The notes beneath the pieces are model-generated. The model ran no database searches. It was not told the origin of the DNA and worked only from the letters and a program-made list of their open reading frames with translations. A DNA stretch of 64,000 nt. Origin: a virus (Duplodnaviria > Caudoviricetes). Below, in pieces: positions 26,012 through 34,435 of the stretch (positions are counted from its first letter, which is position 1; each line of letters starts with the position of its first letter). The stretch lies in IMG/VR virus record IMGVR_UViG_3300030117_007612, positions 1 to 64,000 of that record; one strand, given 5' to 3'. The position numbers were made by a program, and so were the translations under genes.

Positions 26012-26362
26012 ATGAATAGTAAATATAAGTCATATTCTATATCTAATCACTTAAGAAGTAATAATAGATCATCAGATGAATTTGAGATCGCTTTAAATGC
26101 TTTATCGTTAGAAGAAGTAATAGCTTTAAAACTAGAACTATCTTCTAGGATACTTAACTCTAAAATGTATGGATTCAATTTATGGAAAAACGTTCCGACA
26201 ATCATCAGAGATGCAGTATTAAAATACGCTCTGAGTGCTACAAAATCTAAAAAAGACGCTAGCAGATATTTAGGAATTAACCTAAGAACTCTGAATAATT
26301 TGATAAAAAAACATAAAATCGATAATTATTTTGAGAATAAATTTGACAATCTTATAGATTAG
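26012..26362 (+). CDS. Fis-type helix-turn-helix DNA-binding protein
   Basis: VLKYALSATKSKKDASRYLGINLRTLNNLIKKHKI. Confidence 0.65.
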   Translation: MNSKYKSYSISNHLRSNNRSSDEFEIALNALSLEEVIALKLELSSRILNSKMYGFNLWKNVPTIIRDAVLKYALSATKSKKDASRYLGINLRTLNNLIKKHKIDNYFENKFDNLID

Positions 26363-26370
26363 TGTATAGT
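26343..26370 (+). promoter_or_regulatory. promoter upstream of tmRNA
   Basis: TTGACA-N16-TATAGT. Confidence 0.55.
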
Positions 26371-26532
26371 GATAATAGATCTTTAAAATATAAAACGTCA
26401 TGCGAAATATGTAATTTATTTATAACACGTGCTCCATTTCTCTCATTGAGCGCAAACACATCGCAACCAAAAATAAACTGGAGAATAGCAGGGTGTGAGC
26501 AAAAGATCACCAACGCATGACAACATTAAAAT

Positions 26533-26865
26533 GGGGATGATATGGATTCGACAGGGCAAAAAAGAGGAAAAGTGCAAGCAGGTTAGATACGACCATAACA
26601 GTTCAACAAACTTAGTTGCAAATAACAACTTACATTTCGAACAGCGCTTAGCCGCTTAGTAGGGAGGCCGCTCAAAGCCTTCTATCCAATTTGAGCAAAA
26701 CAACAGATAAGTTGTAAAAATCAAACCATTTATCGTTCGCGTGATGGGGGCGATATCTTATTTCCATCTATCTTTGTCAGTATGTGATAGTAAACTGACT
26801 AAGCTTGTGAATGACTACAATTGGATTTGTTTTGGACGCGGGTTCGACTCCCGCCATCTCCACCA
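26533..26865 (+). ncRNA. ssrA: tmRNA; tag ANNNLHFEQRLAA*
   Basis: 5' GGGGATG...GGATTCGACAG; 3' GGTTCGACTCCCGCCATCTCCACCA; G3-U70 pair; resume GCA 26618 after TAGTT; stop TAG 26657-26659. Confidence 0.95.
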
Positions 26866-26875
26866 TTCAAAAAAT

Positions 26876-26904
26876 TTTACATTTAATAAAAAAGAGAGTA
26901 TAAT
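26876..26904 (+). promoter_or_regulatory. sigma70-type promoter for Hsp20
   Basis: TTTACA-N17-TATAAT. Confidence 0.7.
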
Positions 26905-26968
26905 TATTATGTGAGCAGAGCACTGTGCCTGTTCACTGACTTAAACTTAACTGATAAGGAGAAATAAA

Positions 26969-27454
26969 ATGGCTAGTTTAATTCGCAGAGGTGCGCATCC
27001 CGCTCGCACAATTTCAAAGCGGGAATTCCTGACACCATTTGATGAGTTGTTTAATACTTTTATGGGAGATATGTTTCCCACATTTCATCAAGAGTTTGGA
27101 CAGGATTTTTTTGTACAGGGATCATATCCAAAGTGCAACGTTGTTAATTTCGACGATCGTATTGAAATTGAGGCGGCGATTCCGGGTCTCACGAAGGAAG
27201 ACGTCAACGTTGAAATAGCTGATGGAGTCTTGACAATCAAAGCAGAGAGCAATCAGCGTGATGACGTTGAGGATTCTCAATACGTCAAGCGTGAGGTGAA
27301 ACGTTCGGCATTCGCGCGCTCTTTCAGGCTTGGTGAAAATCTTGATGAATCAAGAATTGCTGGCGCGCACAAAAACGGTGTATTAACAATTAGTATTCCA
27401 AAGGTGTTGCCAACCACCGCGGAGCCCGTTGTACGCAAAATAGAAATCAAATAA
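26969..27454 (+). CDS. hsp20: small heat-shock protein Hsp20
   Basis: Alpha-crystallin motifs: IPGLTKEDVNV, GVLTIK, F.RSF.L, NGVLTISIPK. Confidence 0.95.
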   Translation: MASLIRRGAHPARTISKREFLTPFDELFNTFMGDMFPTFHQEFGQDFFVQGSYPKCNVVNFDDRIEIEAAIPGLTKEDVNVEIADGVLTIKAESNQRDDVEDSQYVKREVKRSAFARSFRLGENLDESRIAGAHKNGVLTISIPKVLPTTAEPVVRKIEIK

Positions 27455-27463
27455 AGGATAATT

Positions 27464-27661
27464 ATGGGACACTTAACAGACATTATCGATTGGATTCGCA
27501 ACAAGACTACATCCGACGCATGTTCCACCGATTCCGCAGAGAGTATCACTGATTTTAGTGCTTATACTGTCAGCGAATTGAAGGATATTGCAAAGGACCG
27601 TGGCCTTAAGGGATATTCATCGTTAAGAAAAGCTGATTTAGTTAAATTACTAAGCAGTTAA
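27464..27661 (+). CDS. Rho N-terminal-like (HeH) domain protein
   Basis: TVSELKDIAKDRGLKGYSSLRKADLV. Confidence 0.75.
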   Translation: MGHLTDIIDWIRNKTTSDACSTDSAESITDFSAYTVSELKDIAKDRGLKGYSSLRKADLVKLLSS

Positions 27662-27675
27662 AATAAATACAACAC

Positions 27676-27701
27676 CATATGGCCCGAAAGCGGGCCATAT
27701 G
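27676..27701 (+). terminator. 11-bp perfect hairpin, terminator-like
   Basis: CATATGGCCCG-AAAG-CGGGCCATATG; AT-rich tail but no U-run. Confidence 0.55.
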
Positions 27702-27719
27702 CATATATATTAATGTAGT

Positions 27720-28268
27720 ATGATGGTAAAGATAGCATTTTATAAGGGCGAAGGTACTTTAATTAATCGGATTGTACGCCGATGGACCAGCAGTCCATAT
27801 AGTCATGCTGAATTAGTGATGCCTGACAATAAAACATGGATTGGAATTAGTCCATTTTTAAACTCAGAAGTATCGGCCAGAAATGTTTTGAAAGATCCCA
27901 ATCTTAATTTAGAAGATTGGGATTTTCTTAATTTTGATGTAACTGACGAACAAGCTTCCATTATAATGGAGTTTTACGAGCAAACAAAAGGCAATAGATA
28001 TGATTGGATAGGCATGCTTTTATCACAGGTGGGCCCCTTCGTTATCAAACAAGAAAAGAAATGGTATTGTAGCGAATGGATAGCATATGCCTTAAGGATT
28101 GCGGGCGTGTTTGATTGGAGAACAATTAAAATTTACGATCAACACGATCTTTCGCCGGCGACTCTTTACCGCATTGCAAGAGAAGCTCAAGCTTATAATG
28201 AAAATAAGAAATTAATCGATGATAATACCAACCAACAAACTCTTCGTGGCCAATATACAAAGACTTGA
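27720..28268 (+). CDS. permuted papain-like NlpC/P60 hydrolase (YaeF/YiiX-like)
   Basis: YSHAELV ... YDWIG ... WYCSEWIA (His before Cys). Confidence 0.75.
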   Translation: MMVKIAFYKGEGTLINRIVRRWTSSPYSHAELVMPDNKTWIGISPFLNSEVSARNVLKDPNLNLEDWDFLNFDVTDEQASIIMEFYEQTKGNRYDWIGMLLSQVGPFVIKQEKKWYCSEWIAYALRIAGVFDWRTIKIYDQHDLSPATLYRIAREAQAYNENKKLIDDNTNQQTLRGQYTKT

Positions 28269-28764
28269 TATAGTTGTTGGTATGCTGTTTATCGAGCATT
28301 ATTATAAAAAAAATGATTATGGGTATAGATTATATGAATTATCAAAACAACATGGGCCATCAAAATTCATTAGATTAATTAAGAGCTTTGAACACGAAAT
28401 TCGCTCCAATGAGCGTGGATTTAAAAAAAACTACCTTCCAATAACTAAAGATTATTATTTGAATGGAGACGGTGCACACAGGTTGGCATGTTGTTTACAT
28501 TTCAATATCAAAACTGTTCCTGTCAAAATTATAGAAAAACAATATAAGTATATGGCTCACCGTGGTTTGAAATGGTTACAGGACACATATTGTGAAAAGG
28601 ATATTGAAAGAATAGTTGATTTCTATTGCAAGTTATATTTTGCTGAATCAGAAAAAGTAAAAAATAGAATAAATTATCTATTATATAATCACTACGATGA
28701 CACAAAAATCAACAGTGTAGATAAATATGTTAATCTAATTTTTACAACCAATAATGACGATTAA
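28219..28764 (+). CDS. ParB/sulfiredoxin-like domain protein
   Basis: PIT...NGDGAHRL. Confidence 0.5.
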   Translation: MIIPTNKLFVANIQRLDIVVGMLFIEHYYKKNDYGYRLYELSKQHGPSKFIRLIKSFEHEIRSNERGFKKNYLPITKDYYLNGDGAHRLACCLHFNIKTVPVKIIEKQYKYMAHRGLKWLQDTYCEKDIERIVDFYCKLYFAESEKVKNRINYLLYNHYDDTKINSVDKYVNLIFTTNNDD

Positions 28765-28799
28765 TCAAGAAAGAATCTAATTAATAAGAGGTTCAAGTT

Positions 28800-29309
28800 A
28801 TGAAAATTGTTATTCGTAAAAAAATGAGCACATGTGAAGATCTTGATGAGCAAAGCAGAAGCAAGCTTTTTTCACGTCCAAGCGGCGAAGTGCCAGAGGT
28901 TCCACCACAAAGAAAAAGAAGAGCCCCCGGAACAGCAACATCAGATAGAGTAACCTCAAGCGTTAAATTATCAGATTTGGAGCAATCGGTCGATGGGCTA
29001 GCAACAGATATCGTCGATAAGATTGGTCCTGCAATACGGTCACTTCGTTCTGCACAATTAAAAAGTAATAAGAGACAACAACAATTTAATCAGCTTATAG
29101 CACAAGAATTAGCAGATATTGTTGGCCAGATTGAGGCAATTAAAGATTCGCCAAGACTACCAGAGCTTGACAGTTTACCACCTTTAGAACTCGATCTTCT
29201 GGAGCCGCTGTCTCCGATGACCGACCCGCGCGCGCCCCGATCGGCTTCACCGGCGACACAAGCTAGAATAAATGAAATTAGGATTAGAATAGAAAAAAAT
29301 AAAAATTAA
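28800..29309 (+). CDS. hypothetical protein
   Basis: AAGAGG SD after CTAATTA motif. Confidence 0.6.
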   Translation: MKIVIRKKMSTCEDLDEQSRSKLFSRPSGEVPEVPPQRKRRAPGTATSDRVTSSVKLSDLEQSVDGLATDIVDKIGPAIRSLRSAQLKSNKRQQQFNQLIAQELADIVGQIEAIKDSPRLPELDSLPPLELDLLEPLSPMTDPRAPRSASPATQARINEIRIRIEKNKN

Positions 29310-29350
29310 TAATTTATTGCATAGTTACTTATAGAAGGAATCAATATGTA

Positions 29351-30106
29351 ATGTTTAAAAAAATGACATTTTTGATGACAGCCCTGTTCTTTTTAACAGG
29401 TGCTCAGACTCTTCAAAACCCTGTCGTTGATTTAAGCACAAACATCAAATCAGAATCAGCAGAAACTTTAAAAGTATCCGAGACCACACTTAAAACGAAT
29501 AAATCAAGAAACAAGGTCAGGAACGCTGCTGTTTCGGTAGTTACACAATATGGCTCTGGATCTGGAACATATTTTAAAATTGGTGAATATCACATTGTTA
29601 TTACCGCTTACCATGTTGTTGAGGGCGAGCAGGTTGTAATTGTGGTAGGTAGAAACAGCGAGCAGGTGATGGCCCAGCCAATAATTAAATCAATAAAAGG
29701 AGACATTGCAGTGCTATTGGTACCTAAATTAGCAAGCTGCCAACCCTTGAAATTGAAAAGCTTGCCAAATAGATTAAAAAACAATATCGACAAACTTGTA
29801 GGAACAGTTGTAACGTACACAGGTTTTCCGGCACATCACGAACTTCTGACAGTTGATGGCAAAATAGCGAATATTGAACATAATTTCATTATAATGCACT
29901 CATATGCATGGCCCGGATCATCAGGCTCAGGTGTGTTTGACTCAAAGGGCAGGTTTATAGGGGTTGTTAGTGCTGTTGACGTTGGTAGATGGCACCCATC
30001 AGTCCCGCCGGCGCTTGTCGAAGATATAGTTTGGGTTTCTCCGGGCTGGGATATATCACCAAAAGAAATAGAATTATATCTGCACAATCGAGGATTTAGA
30101 GAATGA
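29351..30106 (+). CDS. secreted trypsin-like serine protease
   Basis: Signal peptide; TAYHVV, GDIAVL, PGSSGSG triad. Confidence 0.85.
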   Translation: MFKKMTFLMTALFFLTGAQTLQNPVVDLSTNIKSESAETLKVSETTLKTNKSRNKVRNAAVSVVTQYGSGSGTYFKIGEYHIVITAYHVVEGEQVVIVVGRNSEQVMAQPIIKSIKGDIAVLLVPKLASCQPLKLKSLPNRLKNNIDKLVGTVVTYTGFPAHHELLTVDGKIANIEHNFIIMHSYAWPGSSGSGVFDSKGRFIGVVSAVDVGRWHPSVPPALVEDIVWVSPGWDISPKEIELYLHNRGFRE

Positions 30107-31158
30107 AAAAAGCACTTATAGCTTTATTGTCTATTATGATGAGCTATTCGTGCACCTATGATTATGCGATTGTAACCGGTAAAACTGAAACAATTGTTGA
30201 AACTGAAACAATCACCGAGACAATAACAGTAACAGAAGAGGTTGAAGTAGAGGTACCAATATATATTGAAGTCGAAGTACCAGTATATATTGACACCGGA
30301 TTTGATGATCCGGGTCTAGTGTGGGTTGATTCTTTTACTCAACCAAACACAGTTGACGGAATAGATATTTTATGGGTAATTGACACCTCTGGTTCAATGG
30401 GTAGATTTGATGCACAATTATTATTAGGTATCGAAGCTATGTTGGCTGCTCTACCGCCTACAAGTTGGAGGTTGGCAATGATGTCAAACGATCCTTCGCG
30501 CGCTGTATTAGAAAATCAGTTCCCTCTTGTACCGGGAGACGACATACTCGATGCTGAGGCAATGTATTCTTCTATGGGCCGCGGCCCCTTTGAGGAGGGT
30601 TTTGATGCTGTATATGAGTATATTATTAACAACTCATATTCTTCCACGTGGATGCGCCCAGACGCCGGATTGTTAGTCGTTTTTGTATCAGATGAGCAAG
30701 AACAAAGCGACGATCATTTCTCAGATTTAGCAGACTTTATATCATGGTACCGCAGCCTCCGCGGAGGTTCGGTATTTTTAGCTAGCATAGTTAATCACGA
30801 TTCTACTGAGACATTGTGCGATTATCCCCCAACTCCAATAGATGTGGGCACTCGTTATATGGACGCAACAAACTCTTTTGGAGGCAACATAATTGATATC
30901 TGTGCTGAAGATTGGTCGCCGGGAGTGGCCGATGCCGCAGCATCAGTTGAACCTCACGAAGCGTGGCTACTTACCCACAGTGCAATTCCCGATTCTGTCC
31001 GCGTGTTCATAAATGGAGAAGTACAGGACTCCAGCATGACAACATGGACCTACTCGGAATCCGACAATACAGTATATTTTCACACCATACCTGCTGGTAG
31101 TACTTTGGTGGAGATAGGATACCGATATTATGAAGCCGAACCTGACACCGGAGCGTAA
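30103..31158 (+). CDS. vWA-domain lipoprotein
   Basis: Lipobox-like SYSC; DILWVIDTSGSMG MIDAS; VVFVSDE. Confidence 0.75.
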   Translation: MKKALIALLSIMMSYSCTYDYAIVTGKTETIVETETITETITVTEEVEVEVPIYIEVEVPVYIDTGFDDPGLVWVDSFTQPNTVDGIDILWVIDTSGSMGRFDAQLLLGIEAMLAALPPTSWRLAMMSNDPSRAVLENQFPLVPGDDILDAEAMYSSMGRGPFEEGFDAVYEYIINNSYSSTWMRPDAGLLVVFVSDEQEQSDDHFSDLADFISWYRSLRGGSVFLASIVNHDSTETLCDYPPTPIDVGTRYMDATNSFGGNIIDICAEDWSPGVADAAASVEPHEAWLLTHSAIPDSVRVFINGEVQDSSMTTWTYSESDNTVYFHTIPAGSTLVEIGYRYYEAEPDTGA

Positions 31159-31327
31159 GCGCACAAAAGTTTATCCCGGCGCCGACCTGCCTTTGCAAAG
31201 CAATTTCTATATTATTAGAAAAATTGACGAAAAGAATATTTCGGTGGGCGCTGTTGTTGTTTCGTCCACTTGTCTTGGGTGGCTTTTACTGCTAGCATAT
31301 GCGGGAATTGCTGCTAGCTTTTCTTGA
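31130..31327 (+). CDS. small protein with C-terminal TM segment
   Basis: GGAG upstream; hydrophobic C-terminus. Confidence 0.35.
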   Translation: MKPNLTPERKRTKVYPGADLPLQSNFYIIRKIDEKNISVGAVVVSSTCLGWLLLLAYAGIAASFS

Positions 31328-31352
31328 CATTATCTATATGTTAAGTTATAAT
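31324..31352 (+). promoter_or_regulatory. consensus sigma70 promoter for tRNA cluster
   Basis: TTGACA-N17-TATAAT, 8 nt before tRNA-Arg. Confidence 0.85.
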
Positions 31353-31360
31353 AGGACGAT

Positions 31361-31437
31361 GCACCCGTAGCTCAGCTGGATAGAGCATCGGCCTTCTAAG
31401 CCGAGGGTCATAGGTTCGAATCCTATCGGGTGTGCCA
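31361..31437 (+). tRNA. trnR: tRNA-Arg(UCU)
   Basis: GCACCCG/CGGGTGT acceptor, TCGGC-CTTCTAA-GCCGA, TTCGAAT, encoded CCA. Confidence 0.95.
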
Positions 31438-31459
31438 TAACAATCAATAGGAAAAAATT

Positions 31460-31894
31460 ATGAAAACCAAAACACCTTATGATACCGTTGTTGTTAGCGG
31501 CGGGTTTGATCCTGTTCATGTTGGACATGTTAGGATGATTACTGAAGCTGCTGAGCATGGAGATGTAATTGTAGTAGCCAATTCTGATGAGTGGCTTTTA
31601 AACAAGAAAGGATACGTATTTATGAAATGGGAGGAAAGGGCTGAGATCTTGTCCTCGTTTAAGGGGGTCATCCGCGTTGAGAGAGTGGATGATAGTGATG
31701 GCACAGTATGCGAAGCTTTAGAAAGAATCGAGCCGACATACTTTGCCAACGGCGGCGACAGAAAAGAGACAAACACACCAGAAATGAAGGTATGCAACGA
31801 TAAGGGTATTGAATTGTTGTGGAATATTGGCGGCGGCAAAATACAAAGCAGTTCCGACTTAGTTAAAAATTATGAAGAAAAAAGATTACAATAA
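31460..31894 (+). CDS. cytidylyltransferase-like protein (HxGH; TagD/RfaE-II-like)
   Basis: SGGFDPVHVGHV, NSDEWL..KKG, NGGDR, SSSDL. Confidence 0.8.
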   Translation: MKTKTPYDTVVVSGGFDPVHVGHVRMITEAAEHGDVIVVANSDEWLLNKKGYVFMKWEERAEILSSFKGVIRVERVDDSDGTVCEALERIEPTYFANGGDRKETNTPEMKVCNDKGIELLWNIGGGKIQSSSDLVKNYEEKRLQ

Positions 31895-31900
31895 AATTAA

Positions 31901-31977
31901 TGGGGCGAAGCGCCACAGGCAGGTGCACCGGGTTGTTACCCCGGCCGTTGCTGGTTCGAGTCCAGCCGCCCCAGCCA
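31901..31977 (+). tRNA. trnN: tRNA-Asn(GUU) with atypical core
   Basis: TGGGGCG/CGCCCCA acceptor, CCGGG-TTGTTAC-CCCGG, GCTGG-TTCGAGT-CCAGC, G73, CCA; A8 and C14. Confidence 0.8.
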
Positions 31978-31981
31978 TTAC

Positions 31982-32056
31982 GCGGGAGTAGCTCAGTGGT
32001 AGAGCCCCACGTTGCCAACGTGGATGTCGCGGGTTCGAATCCCGTCTCCCGCTCCA
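31982..32056 (+). tRNA. trnG: tRNA-Gly(GCC)
   Basis: GCGGGAG/CTCCCGC, CCACG-TTGCCAA-CGTGG, U73, CCA. Confidence 0.95.
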
Positions 32057-32096
32057 TTTTTTTTGTTGAACTTCTATATACTATAGAGAGGTTTTA

Positions 32097-32699
32097 ATGA
32101 AAAATATATTTTTTCTACTTTTTCTTATAGGTTGCAGCAATCCAGCAGAATTAAAAGTAAGTGAGCTTGATACCTCCCAACAGGAGCAAGTAGATCCACC
32201 AGAACCGCCAGTTTTTGGTGTAATTGCAAATGAGGATTGCTCCCATGTAAATGTGGGAGATAAAGCATGCAATTTAAGATTACTTGATCAAAACGGTGAA
32301 ATTTGGGAATTATATGATTTGATTGGAAATGTGGTAGTCTTGGATTTTTCAACTTCGTGGTGCGGGCCATGCCAAACGGTAGGTCATTATTTACAGCCTT
32401 TGCAAGACGATTATCAGTCAATGGATGTTAGTATTGTTACGATTTTAATCGATGGATATGTGCCGGGTACCCCACCTAGCGAATACGACATGAATGATTG
32501 GGTTAGTTCCCACAATGTTACATCGGTCTCTGTTCTACAAGGCGCCCGCGACTTAGTCATGGATCCAACAGGTGTAGAAGGATATATAATATCTTCTTTT
32601 CCTACATTCTTTTATATCGACAGGAATATGAAATTCTATTCTGGGCATTCGGGATACAACGATCAATATGTGAGAGAAAAAATTGATGAAGCTTTATAA
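32097..32699 (+). CDS. TlpA-like thioredoxin-fold lipoprotein
   Basis: Lipobox LIGC; LDFSTSWCGPC; cis-Pro FPTF. Confidence 0.8.
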   Translation: MKNIFFLLFLIGCSNPAELKVSELDTSQQEQVDPPEPPVFGVIANEDCSHVNVGDKACNLRLLDQNGEIWELYDLIGNVVVLDFSTSWCGPCQTVGHYLQPLQDDYQSMDVSIVTILIDGYVPGTPPSEYDMNDWVSSHNVTSVSVLQGARDLVMDPTGVEGYIISSFPTFFYIDRNMKFYSGHSGYNDQYVREKIDEAL

Positions 32700-32791
32700 T
32701 TGATTTTATTGTGATATAGTGTTAATATTATCTATAATTGAGGCTTAAACAAATAATTATATAACTAATTATAACAACCAACTAATGTTTT

Positions 32792-34129
32792 ATGAGAAAG
32801 AAAAATTACGTAATTGACACCAGTGTTTATTTAACAGATTCTGAGTCAATAAAAAGTTTTGGAAACAATGACATCATCATCCCCCTGAAGGTCTTGGAAG
32901 AGATTGATTGTCACAAGAAAAGGCAAGATAATGTTGGCGCGAATGCGCGTCGAATTATAAGGTTTTTGGATAATTTGTGTCAAAAGGGAGACCTTAGCAA
33001 GGGTGTAAGAATTGAAAAAGGAAAGGGAATCGTATCTGTAAAATCCCTAAACGATGTAGAGTTAAAGTTAAATTCTCTGACACCCAACCTTAACCAAGAT
33101 GTACCAGACCATATTATTGTCGCGACGGCACTTACTGTAAAAAGTGAACAGCCAAATCGAAAAACTGTTATGGTGACAAATGATATTAATATGAGAGTTA
33201 TATGCAACTCTTTAGGATTAGAGTGTGAAGAATATAACCCCGCACAAGTTGTTGAAAACATAGAAAGATTATACACAGGATTTTCGTCCATCTTAGTTGA
33301 CGAACAGACAGTTGATCAACTTTATTCGGGTGAAGAATTAATTTTAGATCAGGAATTAAAGAATGTGTGCCCAAATGAATATTTAATGCTGATTTCAAAC
33401 ACAAATGAAAAAAAGACAGCTCTTGCTCGATATTTGGGGCCTGAAACAGCCTTGAGAAGAATTTCAAAGTTCAAAAAAGGAATATGGGGAGTTACGTCTA
33501 GAAACAAAGAGCAATTATTTGCCCTAGATTTGCTTATGGACCCCACTGTGCCAATAGTCACTCTGGTGGGTAAGGCTGGCTCCGGCAAGACGCTCTGCGC
33601 CATAGCAGCCGGCCTTGAGCAGGTAATGAGTAGTGCCGGCGATTCTAAAGCATATAAAAGAATGATTGTGTCCCGACCGGTCCAACCTTTAGGAAAGGAC
33701 ATAGGATTTCTTCCGGGCACTCTCGAAGACAAGATGACCCCATGGTTGACTCCAATTCAAGACAATTTGAAATTTTTAATGGGCGACGATCGTGCAACAT
33801 TAGATATGTATATGCAAAAAGGCATGATAGAAATTGAAGCACTAACATATATTCGAGGAAGATCTATATCAAACGCATTTATTATTATAGATGAGGCTCA
33901 GAATCTATCTAGTCACGAATTAAAAACAATTATTACGCGCGTCGGAGAAGGAACAAAAATTGTCTTAACCGGCGACATCGAACAGATTGATAGTCCATTC
34001 GTTGATGAAACTACGAATGGCTTGACATATGCAATTGAAAAATTTAAAAATCATACGTTAGCTGGTCACGTAACCTTACATAAGGGAGAGCGCTCCAAGG
34101 TTGCATCACTGGCGGCGAGAATACTATAA
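32792..34129 (+). CDS. phoH: PhoH family protein with N-terminal PIN domain
   Basis: VIDTSV PIN start; GKAGSGKT, YIRGRS, IIDEAQN, TGDIEQID. Confidence 0.92.
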   Translation: MRKKNYVIDTSVYLTDSESIKSFGNNDIIIPLKVLEEIDCHKKRQDNVGANARRIIRFLDNLCQKGDLSKGVRIEKGKGIVSVKSLNDVELKLNSLTPNLNQDVPDHIIVATALTVKSEQPNRKTVMVTNDINMRVICNSLGLECEEYNPAQVVENIERLYTGFSSILVDEQTVDQLYSGEELILDQELKNVCPNEYLMLISNTNEKKTALARYLGPETALRRISKFKKGIWGVTSRNKEQLFALDLLMDPTVPIVTLVGKAGSGKTLCAIAAGLEQVMSSAGDSKAYKRMIVSRPVQPLGKDIGFLPGTLEDKMTPWLTPIQDNLKFLMGDDRATLDMYMQKGMIEIEALTYIRGRSISNAFIIIDEAQNLSSHELKTIITRVGEGTKIVLTGDIEQIDSPFVDETTNGLTYAIEKFKNHTLAGHVTLHKGERSKVASLAARIL

Positions 34130-34141
34130 AAAGAGGTTAAT

Positions 34142-34435
34142 ATGGAAAATGATATCACCGAGGAAGAAACTCCTCAAGTTAAAAAAGTGGTCTTTAAAGA
34201 CACAGAATTGAAAAAGCTCATTGTTGATTTTGTCGGAAATTCTCACGATAATGAAAACGTAACAGTTGAGATGATAGTTGAGACAATGGCAAAAGAATTC
34301 CCAGAATTTCTCCTAGCCATTGCTGAGGAAAACTGGATTAGAGGATACCAACAAGCCCTGATTGACGCTGAACAAGACGAACACTTTTTTACAAACGCAG
34401 AAAGCTCACTTGAAAATGAAGAACTACATAGTTGA
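34142..34435 (+). CDS. hypothetical protein
   Basis: GAGG SD, 97 aa. Confidence 0.6.
   Translation: MENDITEEETPQVKKVVFKDTELKKLIVDFVGNSHDNENVTVEMIVETMAKEFPEFLLAIAEENWIRGYQQALIDAEQDEHFFTNAESSLENEELHS

Noticed and set aside
26911-26936. CIRCE or HAIR operator before hsp20
   Set aside because: Sequence matches neither TTAGCACTC-N9-GAGTGCTAA nor CTTGAGT-N7-ACTCAAG
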